Assembly: GCA_964016885.1 (NCBI GenBank)
Contig: OZ024741.1
Span: 367,598,001-367,662,000 of the forward strand
Direction of reading: 5' to 3'
From: Eledone cirrhosa
Taxonomy: Eukaryota
Length of the DNA stretch: 64,000 bases
Positions 25,846-37,574 of the stretch are shown here, piece by piece (the first letter of the stretch is position 1; every line of letters starts with the position of its first letter). The translations under genes were made by a program, and so were the position numbers. The notes under the pieces were generated by a model. That model saw only the letters and a list, made by a program, of their open reading frames with translations, was not told the origin of the DNA and ran no database searches.

Positions 25846-28800
25846 TTACAGACACATACTCAGAGAAGGCCCATTCATTCGGGCCATACTTGCTTCTCTC
25901 ACCCATCTTTCAACAAAATGCTGGGAAGAGAGCACTTCCCTCTCTACCCTGATTTTCCTTTTCAAATGAAATTTGAAAAAGTTAATCAGGGCATCACCGA
26001 AGAGGTAAGTGCTCGTCTTCAGCCCTTTCAAACGTGTCCACCATACTATCTCTTTCGCCATGGCCACCAGACAGATAAAAACTGCCTGCCCTTCCAGGCT
26101 AAAGGAAGGGGGCGGGGCAATCATCACGATGGACTCAGCTGATAGCTGGATCCGTCCTACACGTGACAGCAGGTGTTCGACATAAACCCACAAGTCAGCA
26201 ATGCTCGGACACTGGACGAGTGCGTGCAGGACGGTTTCGTCGCCCTGCGCGCATCTCGGACATGCCCGGCTGACGGCACCTCCATGCCTGTAGAGTTTAT
26301 CCCGAACTGGCAAAGCTCCTCGGTAGCACTGCCAGGCCAGGGATTTCTGGAAGTTGTCCATAGGCCCCGGCCCGAAAGTCCTTCCGAAGAGATTGGCTAG
26401 TTGATTTTCGTCGACGCCTAGAGTTTCTCCAAGTACGTCGTCGCTCTTCCCCTCCACTAATCCCCTATAGAACGCCGAGGTGGAGTTTCCACCGATCACA
26501 TTGCCCGATTGGTCGAGGGCTGTGAGCGCCTGAAGACATTCCAGTCTCCAAGCGCTCCCTCTCGGTCTTCGCTTGACCCAGGACTGCAGCTCCGTCAAGG
26601 AGACAAGCTGGGGAAAAACGTGTCTTGCAAACGGCGACCACACCTGATCACCGTCGAGGAAGAGGTGGAGATGTCGTAGCCTGAGCGCGTGTCTGCGCAT
26701 CATCAGCCACGGCATGCCCAGCCCTCCACGTAGCGGGTGTTGACAGCAGATGGACCGCCTGACCATCGGAGCGCGTCCCTTCCACAAGAAGCGAAAGAGC
26801 AAACGCTCCAGCGCAGTCAGGCGGGGCTTAGGACAAGGTACGACGGTCAGGCGGTAGTAGATGACGGATGCGATGTACGCATTCGCCACCTCCGCTCGAC
26901 CTTTCAGGGATAGCTTCCTCTCGGCCCATTTCTGGGTGAGAGAAGCCACCCTGCTCGTCACCTCGTCCCAGTTTTTGTCCGTCTGGAGGTCTGGACCGAA
27001 CCAGACCCCTAGCAATTTAACCGGTCCGTCCGCCCAGCGCCCGACGACGCTGTTGGACGGCATGGACCTGCCTCTCCAGGTGCCGAGCTGTAGGCCCACT
27101 GACTTTTCCTGGTTGATCATTGCTCCTGTCACCGCTTCGTATTCTCTTAGTGTAGTGCCGATCGCCTCGATGTGTTTGGCGTTCGACACCACTTCGGTGA
27201 CATCGTCGGCATATGCTGACACGGATCTTCCGCATCCTAGTTCGCGTGGGACCCCCCTCAACGTCTCCAGTTTGTGCAGTAATGGCTCGAGAGTCAATAC
27301 GTACAATAGGGACGAGAGGGGACATCCTTGGCAGACCGAGCGCATGATGTTGAACGGTTCCGAAAGGTGACCGTTCACTCTCACTACAGAGCAGATGTCG
27401 CTGTGCATGGCAGCGATCCAGCCTCTGAAGACGGGCCCAAAGCCAGCCGCCCTCAGGACTGCCGTTAGGTAACGATGGTCGACCCTATCGAAGGCTTTCG
27501 ACTGATCTAAATTGATCAAAGACCCACCCGTGCCAGGTTCCCTAGCTACCCTCTCTACGATGTATCGCATGAGGTGGAGGTTGTCGTGGATGGATCTGTC
27601 GGGAATGGCGCATGTCTGTGCCTCTCCCACCAGACCACCAACGACAAGCGCCAACCTCTTTGCTAGCACCTTGGCCAAAATCTTGAACTCTGTGTTTAGC
27701 AGAGTTATGGGCCTAAAATTATCTATGTTATCCCCTTGTTCGGGTCCTTTCTCAGCAGCGCCACCGCTCCTCGGCTCACAGAGCTGGGAATTCTCCCGTT
27801 CTGTTGCCAGTTGCAGTAGACGTCCGCCAAGAGGCCTCCGAACAAGTTTGGCATTTGTACGTAAAGTTCATAGGGCAGACCATCCAAACCAGGCGATTTA
27901 CCCCTTGTGCAACTAGTCATTGCATCCCGTACTTCAGCGGTTGTTATCGGCTTTTCGCAACACTCCGCCTCAGTGGCCGAAAGCCGCGGCAGTCCGTCGA
28001 GGTAGACACTAAAGTCCATCCCTCGATCCGGCCCGCCACTGCCCCCGAACAGTTGAGCGAAGTGTCGCTGAAAAGCTTCACACATTTCCCGGGATCGAGT
28101 AGCATGCGCCCGTCGTGGTCCACCAAAGACCGGATCGTGGCTTTGTTGCCACGACGCGCCTCCGCCACTCGGGCCCATTGAACGGCTTTCGTCCCCTCGT
28201 GTCTGAGAGCACGCACCCTAGCTCTGACAACGCAGCCTTCGTGCTTTGCATTGAAGAATTGGTCAAGGGCCAATTTCGCCGCAAGTACGTCAAGCGCCTC
28301 ATCTAATTTTCTAACTAATTCTCCCTCTGCTCTATTTTTCAGTTGCAGCAGACGTCCGCCAAGAGGCCTCCGAACAAGTTTGGCATTTGTACGTAAAGTT
28401 CATAGGGCAGACCATCCAAACCAGGCGATTTACCCCTTGTGCAACTAGTCATTGCATCCCGTACTTCAGCGGTTGTTATCGGCTTTTCGCAACACAGCCT
28501 TCGTGCTTTGCATTGAAGAATTGGTCAAGGGCCAATTTCGCCGCAAGTACGTCGGTCGCGATGCCTTTGCTGAGCGCCTCATCTAATTTTCTAACTAATT
28601 CTCCCTCTGCTCTATTTTTCTCTATTGCTAAAGTCTTACTAAACCTAATGGACTCTATTCTAATTGCTCTTTTCAGAGCAAACCACCACTTGTTGTTGAC
28701 GATGGCCCCCGTCAACGCCCGCTTAACTAGTTCGCTAATCCGGTCTCTGTAGGCCTTGCGCGCTGGTAAGGACGCGTTTAGCTTCCAGTAGCCGGGTCCT

Positions 28801-29525
28801 CGTCTATGAAGCCTATCTAAGTCAAGCACACAGATCACGAATTTGTGGTCCGTGTAGCTGACTATCTTGAATTGTGGACAGCCTATGCTAGACCTATCTA
28901 TTTCCCTACAAAATACTCTATCTAGATATGATCTGGATGACCCTATGCGATTTGTCCAAGTCCACATTGGTACATTCGGGAAATCCATTCGGTACCTGTC
29001 AGACAGTTCAAAACGTCTGAGCAGGTTGGTGAGACTCTTGCACCCTCCTTCCCTATCCACTAATCCCACACAATCCCAGCGTGCATCTAAGATCCCGTTC
29101 CAGTCGCCCACTAACACTAAAGAGCGGGACGTTCCAAGAAAGGTCTCCAGACGCCGGAAGAAATCAGGCCGCCCTGCTCCTGTCGGGGCATAGACGGCCA
29201 CTAACCTGAAAGCTTGCCCGTCTCCGCTGGTCACGTCCAGCACCACCAACTTACCTTCTGGGTCCAGGAAGATGGCCCGTATGGCAAGATCCAAACCTCT
29301 CCGAAAAAGCACAGCAACTCCTCCCCCCGATCCCGGACGGCTGGGAGATGCGTACACATCGTAGCCGCCGAAGATCGGTGCGAAAGCCTGTGCTTCGGAG
29401 ATTCTGGTCTCGCTGATGGCCACTACATCTATGTTTAGTGACCTGAGGTTGTTGAGCAGGTGGCCCTGCTTCCATGACGACCCCAAGCCACGCGCATTTA
29501 TGCTGCCTATTCTGAGTGAGGTCAT
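25846..29525 (-). pseudogene. ORF2 of copy 1 (APE endonuclease + RT + CCHC), broken by frameshifts and an internal duplication
   Basis: Pieces 28476-29525 (SINARGL, ISET, VGDWN, YLDR, TDH) and 25846-27678 (QGCPLS, YADD, CPRC..H..C) are near-identical to the intact ORF2 at 32021-35440. Confidence 0.92.
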
Positions 29526-29559
29526 GTTGAAAAGGAGTGGAAAAGATGGGAAAGACCAC

Positions 29560-31525
29560 TTACCTTACTTCTCGTAGGGGAAAGACGGTTTTTCCATCCT
29601 TTTCACTGCTTGTGGCCTCCTCAGGAAGGATGTCCTTATAAATCCTCCTGGAGAGTGCTTGTCGGAAGTCTCCGATGTCTTTTGGGAATTTTTGTTTTAG
29701 TGTCATGTACGTTTTCTGTGTGATGCGAGTGATTTGTATGTGTGGAGGTGGTGTGAATTTTGGGGTTGTTGTGTAGTCTTTTTCTGTGATGCTGGTGTTG
29801 TGTTGGATGTAGTGTAATAATTGCTTGTTGTTCAAATTTAATGCTGTGTAGTGTGTATCGTTTTGGTTGTTTTGTTTTGTTTGCGTTTGTTGTGGGTTTG
29901 TTTCTGTTTCGCATTTTGGTGACTTTTGTGGTGTAGGTGATGGTGGTGTTGGAGTTAATGATGGTGATGGTGTTGGTGTTGGTGTTTGGGTTGATGGGGT
30001 TGGTGGTGCTGGTGTGGATGGTGGCATATCTGTCCTAACTTTTTTGTTTCTTAGTTTATTTGTTTCCCTCTGTGTTTTGTTTTTGGAGGGAGAAGGAAGA
30101 GAATTTTTTTCTTTTTTGGTTTCTTTTTTTTTTTCGGATAGGTTTCCCACTCCTCGTCGTCACAATCTGTCTCCAGTTGTGATAGGCCGGGGAGTGGAAA
30201 ATCCTCCACAGCCGTTAGTTTTGGTTGTGGTGTGGTGGATGGTGTAGGCGCTGGTGCTAGTTCTGAAGCGTTGGGTGGTGGTGGTGTTGGTTTTGCTGGT
30301 GGTGGTAGTGGTGTTGGTTTTGCTACTGTTGCTGGGGTTGTTGCTGTTATAGTTGCTTCTGTTGTTGTTGCTACAGTTGTTGCTGCCATCTCTGCTACTG
30401 GTGGTGTTGATGGTTGTGTCACTGGGGTGGGTAGGAGAGGTGGCCTCAACCTTTTAGCCTGAGGGCAGAAAGCCCTTAGGTGGGTTCCTTCACCACAAAC
30501 GACACACCTAGGTCTTCTGCCCTCGACAATTACCGTGAGGTGGCTGCCGTCAGTGAGGTCTATTACCTCTGGGATCTCCTCAATGCTTTTTTGGTCCGCT
30601 TGGATCAGGAGCTCCATCCCAGATCCGGACCAGTTTTCCTGCTTTTATTTTGCTACTGCTATTATTTTCGTGTTGGCTTCGATGCCGGCGAGGACAGCCG
30701 CTATTAGCCAGGGAATTTCGATGGCCGGTGGAACGTGGGTCACCCTGATCTTTACGAGTCTCTGGCCACAATAGCTTGGGACGAGTGTGAGGTCGTCACT
30801 TTTTAATGGGGCCATGGAGTGTTCTCTAGCCTCCTCTGGTGTTTCAAAGAACACATCCACGGTTCCATACTTTTGCCCACGTCTGATGTGGGTTTTTCTT
30901 GCCCACACATGTCCCAAAGCTTTTTGGATTTGGGACTCGGATGCCCGTTCCACTCGGCGCGATTTTACATTTATTGTTCTATACGACACGGTGCACAGGC
31001 GCCGATGCTCCATTTTATTAGGTGGGGGGAGTGAGGCTGACCCTGTACCCATCTTTCTTTACCATTTGTTTGGCATTTTCTAAATCTTCTTGAGTTACGG
31101 TAAATGCTTCGAATTGTTTTGCTACGATGGCGAAACTGAGGGGGGGGGTTTATAATGTCATTGTTGTTGTTGTTGCTATCGTTAATATTAATTTTAGTTT
31201 CAGTTGTGGTGGTGGTGACGTCAGTCGTCTTTGGTGGGGAAGAGTCCATTTTTCTTGATTTCATTTCGACATCACGAGTTAATTTATTTTTTTCTTCTTT
31301 TGTTTCTGTTGTCGCGGTGGTGGTGGTGGTGCAGGCTTTAACACCTGCAGTCATTGGTAATGGCGGGAAATGAATGTCTGCCTGAGACAAATTTAAAATA
31401 TTGCTACTGCTTATATTTTTTTTTGTGTTGGCAAACGTAGTAACATTTACAATGGTGGTGTGGATGTGAGGTGTTATTTTGTGAGGAAGGCTTTCAGCTG
31501 CTTCGTGCAGAGGTGAAGTAGCCAT
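29560..31525 (-). pseudogene. ORF1 of copy 1 (gag-like, CCHC zinc knuckle), split at homopolymer runs
   Basis: Pieces 30971-31525, 30645-31052, 30051-30617 (CVVCGEGTHLRAFC), 29560-30150; central domain homologous to copy 2 ORF1. Confidence 0.8.
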
Positions 31526-31734
31526 TTTTTTTCAAAGAAATTTTTTGATAATAATAAAAGTTAAAATTTTGGGCACAAGGCCCCAATCTTTTTAGGTGTC
31601 CTTTTCGGAAAACAATGTATGTGTGGTTATAAACAGTTAACAATAAAATTTTCCATAAATGGCAATTTTTAAACAAACGGAAATAACAAACCTTTGCGGA
31701 GCTCACGATAATACGATTTCCTACGTAGGTCGCC

Positions 31735-31772
<38 letters not shown>

Positions 31773-32020
31773 TTTCTTTATTAACCACAAGGGTTTACAT
31801 AAAGTAGACATTAAGGACAGTGCAGGACAATGCAGGACGGTACAAATGGGCATTTCTGCGTGTAAAAAACAAAAACAGAGGATGTAACAAAAAATAACAA
31901 TGAAAAATTCCCCAATAGGGGGGAGACTTCGGAGGGACATTTGTGGAGAAAGCCCAGTAAAAAGCCACAATGACCCTGACCACCAAGGCAAGTGCCCTCT
32001 CCCAGTTTTCCACCTTTAAT

Positions 32021-35000
32021 TTACAGATATATGCTCAGAGTAGGCCCATTCACTCGGGCCATTCTTGCTTCTCTCACCCATCTTTCAACAAAATGCTGGG
32101 AAGAGAGCACTTCCCTCTCTACTCTGATTTTCCTTTTCAAATGAAATTTGAAAAAGTCAATCAGAGCATCACCGAAGAGGTAAGTGCTCGTCTTCAGCCC
32201 TTTCAAACGTGTCCACCATACTATCTCTTTCGCCATGGCCACCAGGCAGATAAAAACTGCCTGCCCTTCCCGGCTAAAGGAGGAGGGCGGGGCAATCCTC
32301 ACGATGGACTCAGATGATAGCCGGATCCGTCCTAAACGCGACAGCAGGTGTTCGACATAAACCCACAAGTCAGCAATTTTCGGACACTGGACGAGTGCGT
32401 GCAGGACGGTTTCGTCGCCCTGCGCGCATCTCGGACATGCCCGGCTGACGGCACCTCCATGCCTGTAGAGTTTATCCCGAACTGGCAAGGCTCCTCGGTA
32501 GCACTGCCAGGCCAGAGATTTCTGGAAGTTGTCCATAGGCCCTGGCCCGAAAGTTCTTCCGAAGAGATTGGCTAGTTGATTTTCGTCGACGCCTAGAGTT
32601 TCCCCAAGTACGTCGTCGCTCTTCCCCTCCACTAATCCTCTATAGAACGCCGAGGTGGAGTTTCCACCGATCACATTGCCCGATTGGTCGAGGGCTGTGA
32701 GCGCCTGAAGACATTCCAGTCTCCAGGCGCTCCCTCTCGGTCTTCGCTTGACCCAGGACTGCAGCTCCGTCAAGGAAACGAGCTGGGGAAACACGCGTCT
32801 AGCAAACGGCGACCACACCTGATCACCGTCGAGGAAGAGGTGGAGATGTCGTAGCCTGAGCGCGTGCCTGCGCATCATCAGCCACGGCATGCCCAGCCCT
32901 CCACGTAGCGGGTGTTGACAACAGATGGACCGCCTGACCATCGGAGCGCGTCCCTTCCACAAAAAGCGAAAGAGCAAACGCTCCAGCACAGTCAGGCGAG
33001 GCTTAGGACAAGGTACGACGGTCAGGTGGTAGCAGATGACGGACGCGATGTACGCGTTAGCCACCTCCGCTCGACCTTTCAGGGATAGCTTCCTCTCGGC
33101 CCATTTCTGGGTGAGAGAAGCCACCCTGCTCGTCACCTCGTCCCAGTTTTTGTCCGTCTGGAGGTCCGGACCGAACCAGACCCCTAGCAATTTAACCGGT
33201 CCGTCCGTCCAGCGTCCGACGACGCTGTTGGACGGCATGGACCTGCCTCTCCAGGTGCCGAGCTGCAGGCCCACTGACTTTTCCTGGTTGATCATTGCTC
33301 CTGTCACCGCTTCGTATTCTCTTAGTGTAGTGCCGATCGCCTCGATGTGTTTGGCGTTCGACACCACTACGGTGACATCGTCCGCATATGCTGATACGGA
33401 TCTTCCGCATCCTAGTTCGCGCGGGACCCCCCTCAACGTCTCCAGTTTGTGCAGTAATGGCTCGAGAGTCAATACGTACAAGAGGGACGAGAGGGGACAT
33501 CCTTGGCGGACCGAGCGCATGATGTTGAACGGTTCCGACAGGTGACCGTTCACTCTCACCACAGAGCAGATGTCGCTGTGCATGGCAGCGATCCAGCCTC
33601 TGAAGACGGGCCCAAAGTCAGCCGCCCTCAGGACTGCCGCTAGGTAACGATGGTCGACCCTATCAAAAGCTTTCGACTGATCTAAATTGATCAAGGACCC
33701 ACCCGTGCCAGGTTCCCTAGCTACCCTCTCTACGATGTATCGCATGAGGTGGAGGTTGTCGTGGATGGATCTGTCGGGAATGGCGCATGTCTGCGCCTCT
33801 CCCACCAGACCACCAACGACAAGCGCCAACCTCTTTGCTAGCACCTTGGCCAAAATCTTAAACTCTGTGTTTAGCAGAGTTATGGGCCGGAAATTTTCTA
33901 TGTTATCCCCCTTGTTCGGATCCTTTCTCAGCAGTGCCACCGCTCCTCGGCTCACAGAACTGGGAATTCTCCCGTTCTGTTGCCAGTTGCAGTAGACGTC
34001 CGCCAAGAGGCCTCCGAACAAGTCTGGCATCTGTACGTAAAGTTCATAGGGCAGACCATCCATACCAGGCGATTTACCCCTTGTGCAGCCAGTCATTGCC
34101 TCCCTTACTTCAGCGGCTGTTATCGGCTTTTCGCAACACTTCGCCTCAGTGGCCGAGAGCCGCGGCAGTCCGTCGAGGTAGACACTAAAGTCCATCCCTC
34201 TACCCGGCCCACCGCTGCCCCGGAACAGCTGAGCGAAGTGTCGCTGAAAAGCTTCACACATTTGCCCGGGATCGAGTAGCATGCGCCCGTCGTGGTCCAC
34301 CAAAGACCGGATCGTGGCTTTGTTGCCACGACGCGCCTCCGCCACTCGGGCCCATTGAACGGCTTTCGTCCCCTCGTGTCTGAGAGCACGCACCCTTGCT
34401 CTGACAACGCAGCCTTCGTGCTTTGCATTGAAGAATTGGTCAAGGGCCAATTTCGCCGCAAGCACGTCGGTCGCAATGCCTTTGCTAAGCGCCTCGTCTA
34501 ATTTTCTAACTAGTTCTCCCTCTGCTCTATTTTTCTCTATTGCTAAAGTCTTACTAAACCTAATGGACTCTATTCTAATTGCTCTTTTCAGAGCAAACCA
34601 CCACTTGTTGTTGACGATGGCCCCTGTCAACGCCCGCTTAACTAGTTCGCTAATCCGGTCTCTGTAGGCCTTGCGCGCTGGTAAGGACGCGTTTAGCTTC
34701 CAGTAGCCGGGTCCTCGTCTATGAAGCCTATCTAAGTCAAGCACACAGATCACGAATTTGTGGTCCGTGTAGCTGACTATCTTGAATTGTGGACAGCCTA
34801 TGCTAGACCTATCTATTTCCCTACAAAATACTCTATCTAGATATGATCTGGATGACCCTATGCGGTTTGTCCAAGTCCACATTGGCACATTCGGGAAATC
34901 CAATCGGTACCTGTCAGACAGTTCAAAACGCCTGAGCAGGTTGGTGAGGCTCTTGCACCCTCCACCCCTATCCGCTAATCCCACACAGTCCCAGCGTGCA

Positions 35001-35440
35001 TCTAAGATCCCGTTCCAGTCGCCCACTAACACTAAAGAGCGCGACGTTCCAAGAAAGGTCTCCAGACGCCGGAAGAAATCAGGCCGCCCTGCTCCTGTCG
35101 GGGCATAGACGGCCACTAGCCTGAAAGCTTGCCCGTCTCCGCTGGTCACGTCCAGCACCACCAGCTTACCCTCTGGGTCCAGGAAGATGGCCCGTATGGC
35201 GAGATCCAAACCTCTCCGAAAAAGTACAGCAACTCCTCCACCGGATCCAGGACGGCTGGGAGATGCGTACACATCGTAGCCGCCGAAGATCGGTGCGAAG
35301 GCCCGTGCTTCGGAGATTCTGGTCTCGCTGATGGCCACTACATCTATGTTTAGTGACCTGAGGTCGTTGAGCAGGTGACCCTGCTTCCATGACGACCCCA
35401 AGCCACGCGCATTTATGCTGCCTATTCTGAGTGAGGTCAT
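32021..35440 (-). CDS. LINE ORF2 polyprotein, 1139 aa: APE endonuclease, reverse transcriptase, C-terminal CCHC
   Basis: NARGL/SET/GDWN/LDR/TDH endonuclease motifs; KSPGMDG, RPITLLN, DQSKAFD, RQGCPLS, YADD; CPRC-ETVLH-C. Confidence 0.97.
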   Translation of the reverse strand: MTSLRIGSINARGLGSSWKQGHLLNDLRSLNIDVVAISETRISEARAFAPIFGGYDVYASPSRPGSGGGVAVLFRRGLDLAIRAIFLDPEGKLVVLDVTSGDGQAFRLVAVYAPTGAGRPDFFRRLETFLGTSRSLVLVGDWNGILDARWDCVGLADRGGGCKSLTNLLRRFELSDRYRLDFPNVPMWTWTNRIGSSRSYLDRVFCREIDRSSIGCPQFKIVSYTDHKFVICVLDLDRLHRRGPGYWKLNASLPARKAYRDRISELVKRALTGAIVNNKWWFALKRAIRIESIRFSKTLAIEKNRAEGELVRKLDEALSKGIATDVLAAKLALDQFFNAKHEGCVVRARVRALRHEGTKAVQWARVAEARRGNKATIRSLVDHDGRMLLDPGQMCEAFQRHFAQLFRGSGGPGRGMDFSVYLDGLPRLSATEAKCCEKPITAAEVREAMTGCTRGKSPGMDGLPYELYVQMPDLFGGLLADVYCNWQQNGRIPSSVSRGAVALLRKDPNKGDNIENFRPITLLNTEFKILAKVLAKRLALVVGGLVGEAQTCAIPDRSIHDNLHLMRYIVERVAREPGTGGSLINLDQSKAFDRVDHRYLAAVLRAADFGPVFRGWIAAMHSDICSVVRVNGHLSEPFNIMRSVRQGCPLSSLLYVLTLEPLLHKLETLRGVPRELGCGRSVSAYADDVTVVVSNAKHIEAIGTTLREYEAVTGAMINQEKSVGLQLGTWRGRSMPSNSVVGRWTDGPVKLLGVWFGPDLQTDKNWDEVTSRVASLTQKWAERKLSLKGRAEVANAYIASVICYHLTVVPCPKPRLTVLERLLFRFLWKGRAPMVRRSICCQHPLRGGLGMPWLMMRRHALRLRHLHLFLDGDQVWSPFARRVFPQLVSLTELQSWVKRRPRGSAWRLECLQALTALDQSGNVIGGNSTSAFYRGLVEGKSDDVLGETLGVDENQLANLFGRTFGPGPMDNFQKSLAWQCYRGALPVRDKLYRHGGAVSRACPRCAQGDETVLHALVQCPKIADLWVYVEHLLSRLGRIRLSSESIVRIAPPSSFSREGQAVFICLVAMAKEIVWWTRLKGLKTSTYLFGDALIDFFKFHLKRKIRVEREVLSSQHFVERWVREARMARVNGPTLSIYL

Positions 35441-35783
35441 GTTTAAAATAGAGTGGAAAAGATGGGAAAGACCACTTACCGTACTTTTGGTAGAGGAGGG
35501 ATGGTTTTTACATCCCTTTTCACTTGATCGTCTGGTGAAGGGACCGTTGAATCGTCCCTTCGGCTGGTCGTCGGCTCTTCTAAGAGAATGTCTGAGTATA
35601 CTCTTCGATTGATGGTTCCTCCTAGGTCCCTGAAATCACCAACTGCGTTGGGGAATTTCGTTTTAATATTTGTGTATTGTTTCTGTGCTATTTTTAGCAG
35701 TCTTATGTTAGTTGGCGTTTTGATTGGTGCTGGTATTATGTAGTTGTGTTGTGAAATGTCTGTGTGTTCAATTATGTAAGTCA

Positions 35784-37574
35784 TTAGTTGTGTGTATTTA
35801 TTGCCGTGCATTTGTTTTTCTGGGGGTGGGGTCTGGTTCTGCTATTTTCTTGTCGTTGTTGCTGGGTGTGTGTGTTTTGTTGTGTTTGCGATGTTGGTGC
35901 TTGTGGTGGTGGTGTTGAAGGTGTTGTTGGCGGTGGGGTTGTCGCCGGTGGTGATGGTGGTGCTAGTGTGGGTGGTGATGGTGTTGGTGGTATTGCTGCT
36001 GTGAGTCTCTTTGCAGTAGACTTTACCCTTTTTTCATTTCTTTCCTCCCTTTTCAAAGGCGACGATGCGCTGCTTCTGCGTTTGTGCCTTCTTACGACCT
36101 TTTGCCATCCCTCTCCCACCTCACACTCCATGTCTGATTCTGTGAGGTCGGGGAGGGGTACCAGCTCCACTCTTTCACTTGTTGTTGTTGGTGATGTTTG
36201 CACTGGAGTCTCTGTTGCAGCTGCATTTGGTATTGCTGTTGTTGTTGTTGTTGTTAATACTTCCACTGCTGCTGCTGTTTTTGATTTCTGTGGCGTGGGT
36301 ATGGGTGCCACGGACCTATCGTTCCTGGTTGCCGCTTGTCCTGTTGCTGGTAGCCGTGGAGCCGGTTTCGGAAGGAGGGGGGTTTTCTCCTTTCTCAGGG
36401 TCTTCTCGTTGCAGAAGGCCCTGAGGTGAGTCTTCGATCCACAGCGAAAGCATTTCGGGCGTTTGCCCTCAACACTTATGGGCAGTTGAGTGACGTTATC
36501 GAAGTCTATCACATCTGGGATAGCTTCGATGCACTCCTGGTTGGTTTGGATTAACATCTCAATGGAGATGCCGACCCAATCTTCTCTTACTTTTTTCTGT
36601 ACTTGCAGTACAGTTGTTTTGTCCTCGATTCCGACGAGGACAGACGCGGCCAGCCAAGAAGGGGCCATTCCGGGGGGGACGTGGGTCAGTTTGACCCTCA
36701 CAATTTTTTGCCCGCAGTAGGAGGGCACCAACACCATTTCCTCGCTCCTTAGGGTCACTACGGATTGAGCCTTTGCCTCCTGGGGTGTGGCAAAAAGTAC
36801 GTCTACGGTGGCATATTTCTTGCCTCGGGTGATGTGTGTTTTCCCCTGCCACACAGACCCCAAGGCTTTTTGTATTTGAGCCTCTGTGGCTCTTTCCACC
36901 CTACGGGATTTTGTACTTACTGTACGGTACGTGACCGTACAGTGCTGTTGGGTTTCGAAAAATTTTTCCGCTGCCTTGCAGATTGCTCGGTGTCCTGTTT
37001 TTGTCACCATCTTCTTCGCTTCCTCTAATTCCTCATTTGTTATAAGGATTGTTTCCAGGTTCTTCGCGATACCTGCAAACGAGATTGGTTTTTCTTTGCT
37101 GCTGTTGTTGTTGTTGTCGTCAGAGCTGCTGTTACTTTTGTTGTTGCTGCAGGTACTACGACTACTGCCTCCGCCGCTGTTGCTGTGGTTGTTGTTGGTG
37201 TTGCTGCTTCTAATGCTGTTGTTGTTTATGCTGCTGGTGATGCTGTTGCGGCTGCTACTGTTGTTTTCATTGTCACTGTTGCTGTTGTTATTACGGCTGC
37301 TACTGCTATTATTCCTGACGTCAGACGAATGAAGTGGGTTTTCGTATTTCCTGCACACCTGTTTCGTCGTTGTCGTCGTCGTCGTGGAGAAACCTTGCAC
37401 GCTTTGCACGAGACTTTTCTTTTCTTTCGTCGCTTGCGAAAGAGAAGGGAGGGAGAGAGACACATTTAAAGAAGGGAGGGAGAGAGACAATCTGCTCTCT
37501 GCTGTAGTGATGATTGAGGAAGAAGAAGACGGAATGAGTGGGAGTGACCTATGAAAATTCTTTTTCGTAGCCAT
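35784..37574 (-). CDS. LINE ORF1 protein, 596 aa, CCHC zinc knuckle, S/N- and P/T-rich linkers; probable continuation in 35476-35811
   Basis: CFRCGSKTHLRAFC; lies upstream of ORF2; homologous to copy 1 ORF1 core. Confidence 0.85.
   Translation of the reverse strand: MATKKNFHRSLPLIPSSSSSIITTAESRLSLSLPSLNVSLSLPSLSQATKEKKSLVQSVQGFSTTTTTTTKQVCRKYENPLHSSDVRNNSSSSRNNNSNSDNENNSSSRNSITSSINNNSIRSSNTNNNHSNSGGGSSRSTCSNNKSNSSSDDNNNNSSKEKPISFAGIAKNLETILITNEELEEAKKMVTKTGHRAICKAAEKFFETQQHCTVTYRTVSTKSRRVERATEAQIQKALGSVWQGKTHITRGKKYATVDVLFATPQEAKAQSVVTLRSEEMVLVPSYCGQKIVRVKLTHVPPGMAPSWLAASVLVGIEDKTTVLQVQKKVREDWVGISIEMLIQTNQECIEAIPDVIDFDNVTQLPISVEGKRPKCFRCGSKTHLRAFCNEKTLRKEKTPLLPKPAPRLPATGQAATRNDRSVAPIPTPQKSKTAAAVEVLTTTTTTAIPNAAATETPVQTSPTTTSERVELVPLPDLTESDMECEVGEGWQKVVRRHKRRSSASSPLKREERNEKRVKSTAKRLTAAIPPTPSPPTLAPPSPPATTPPPTTPSTPPPQAPTSQTQQNTHTQQQRQENSRTRPHPQKNKCTAINTHN

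Larger units (their letters stand above)
25602..31733 (-). mobile_element. Full-length L1/Tx1-clade LINE, copy 1 (disrupted)
   Basis: 5'UTR, frameshifted ORF1, ORF2 (APE-RT-CCHC), 3'UTR with AATAAA then (ATT)n; (AAT)n at both ends. Confidence 0.92.
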
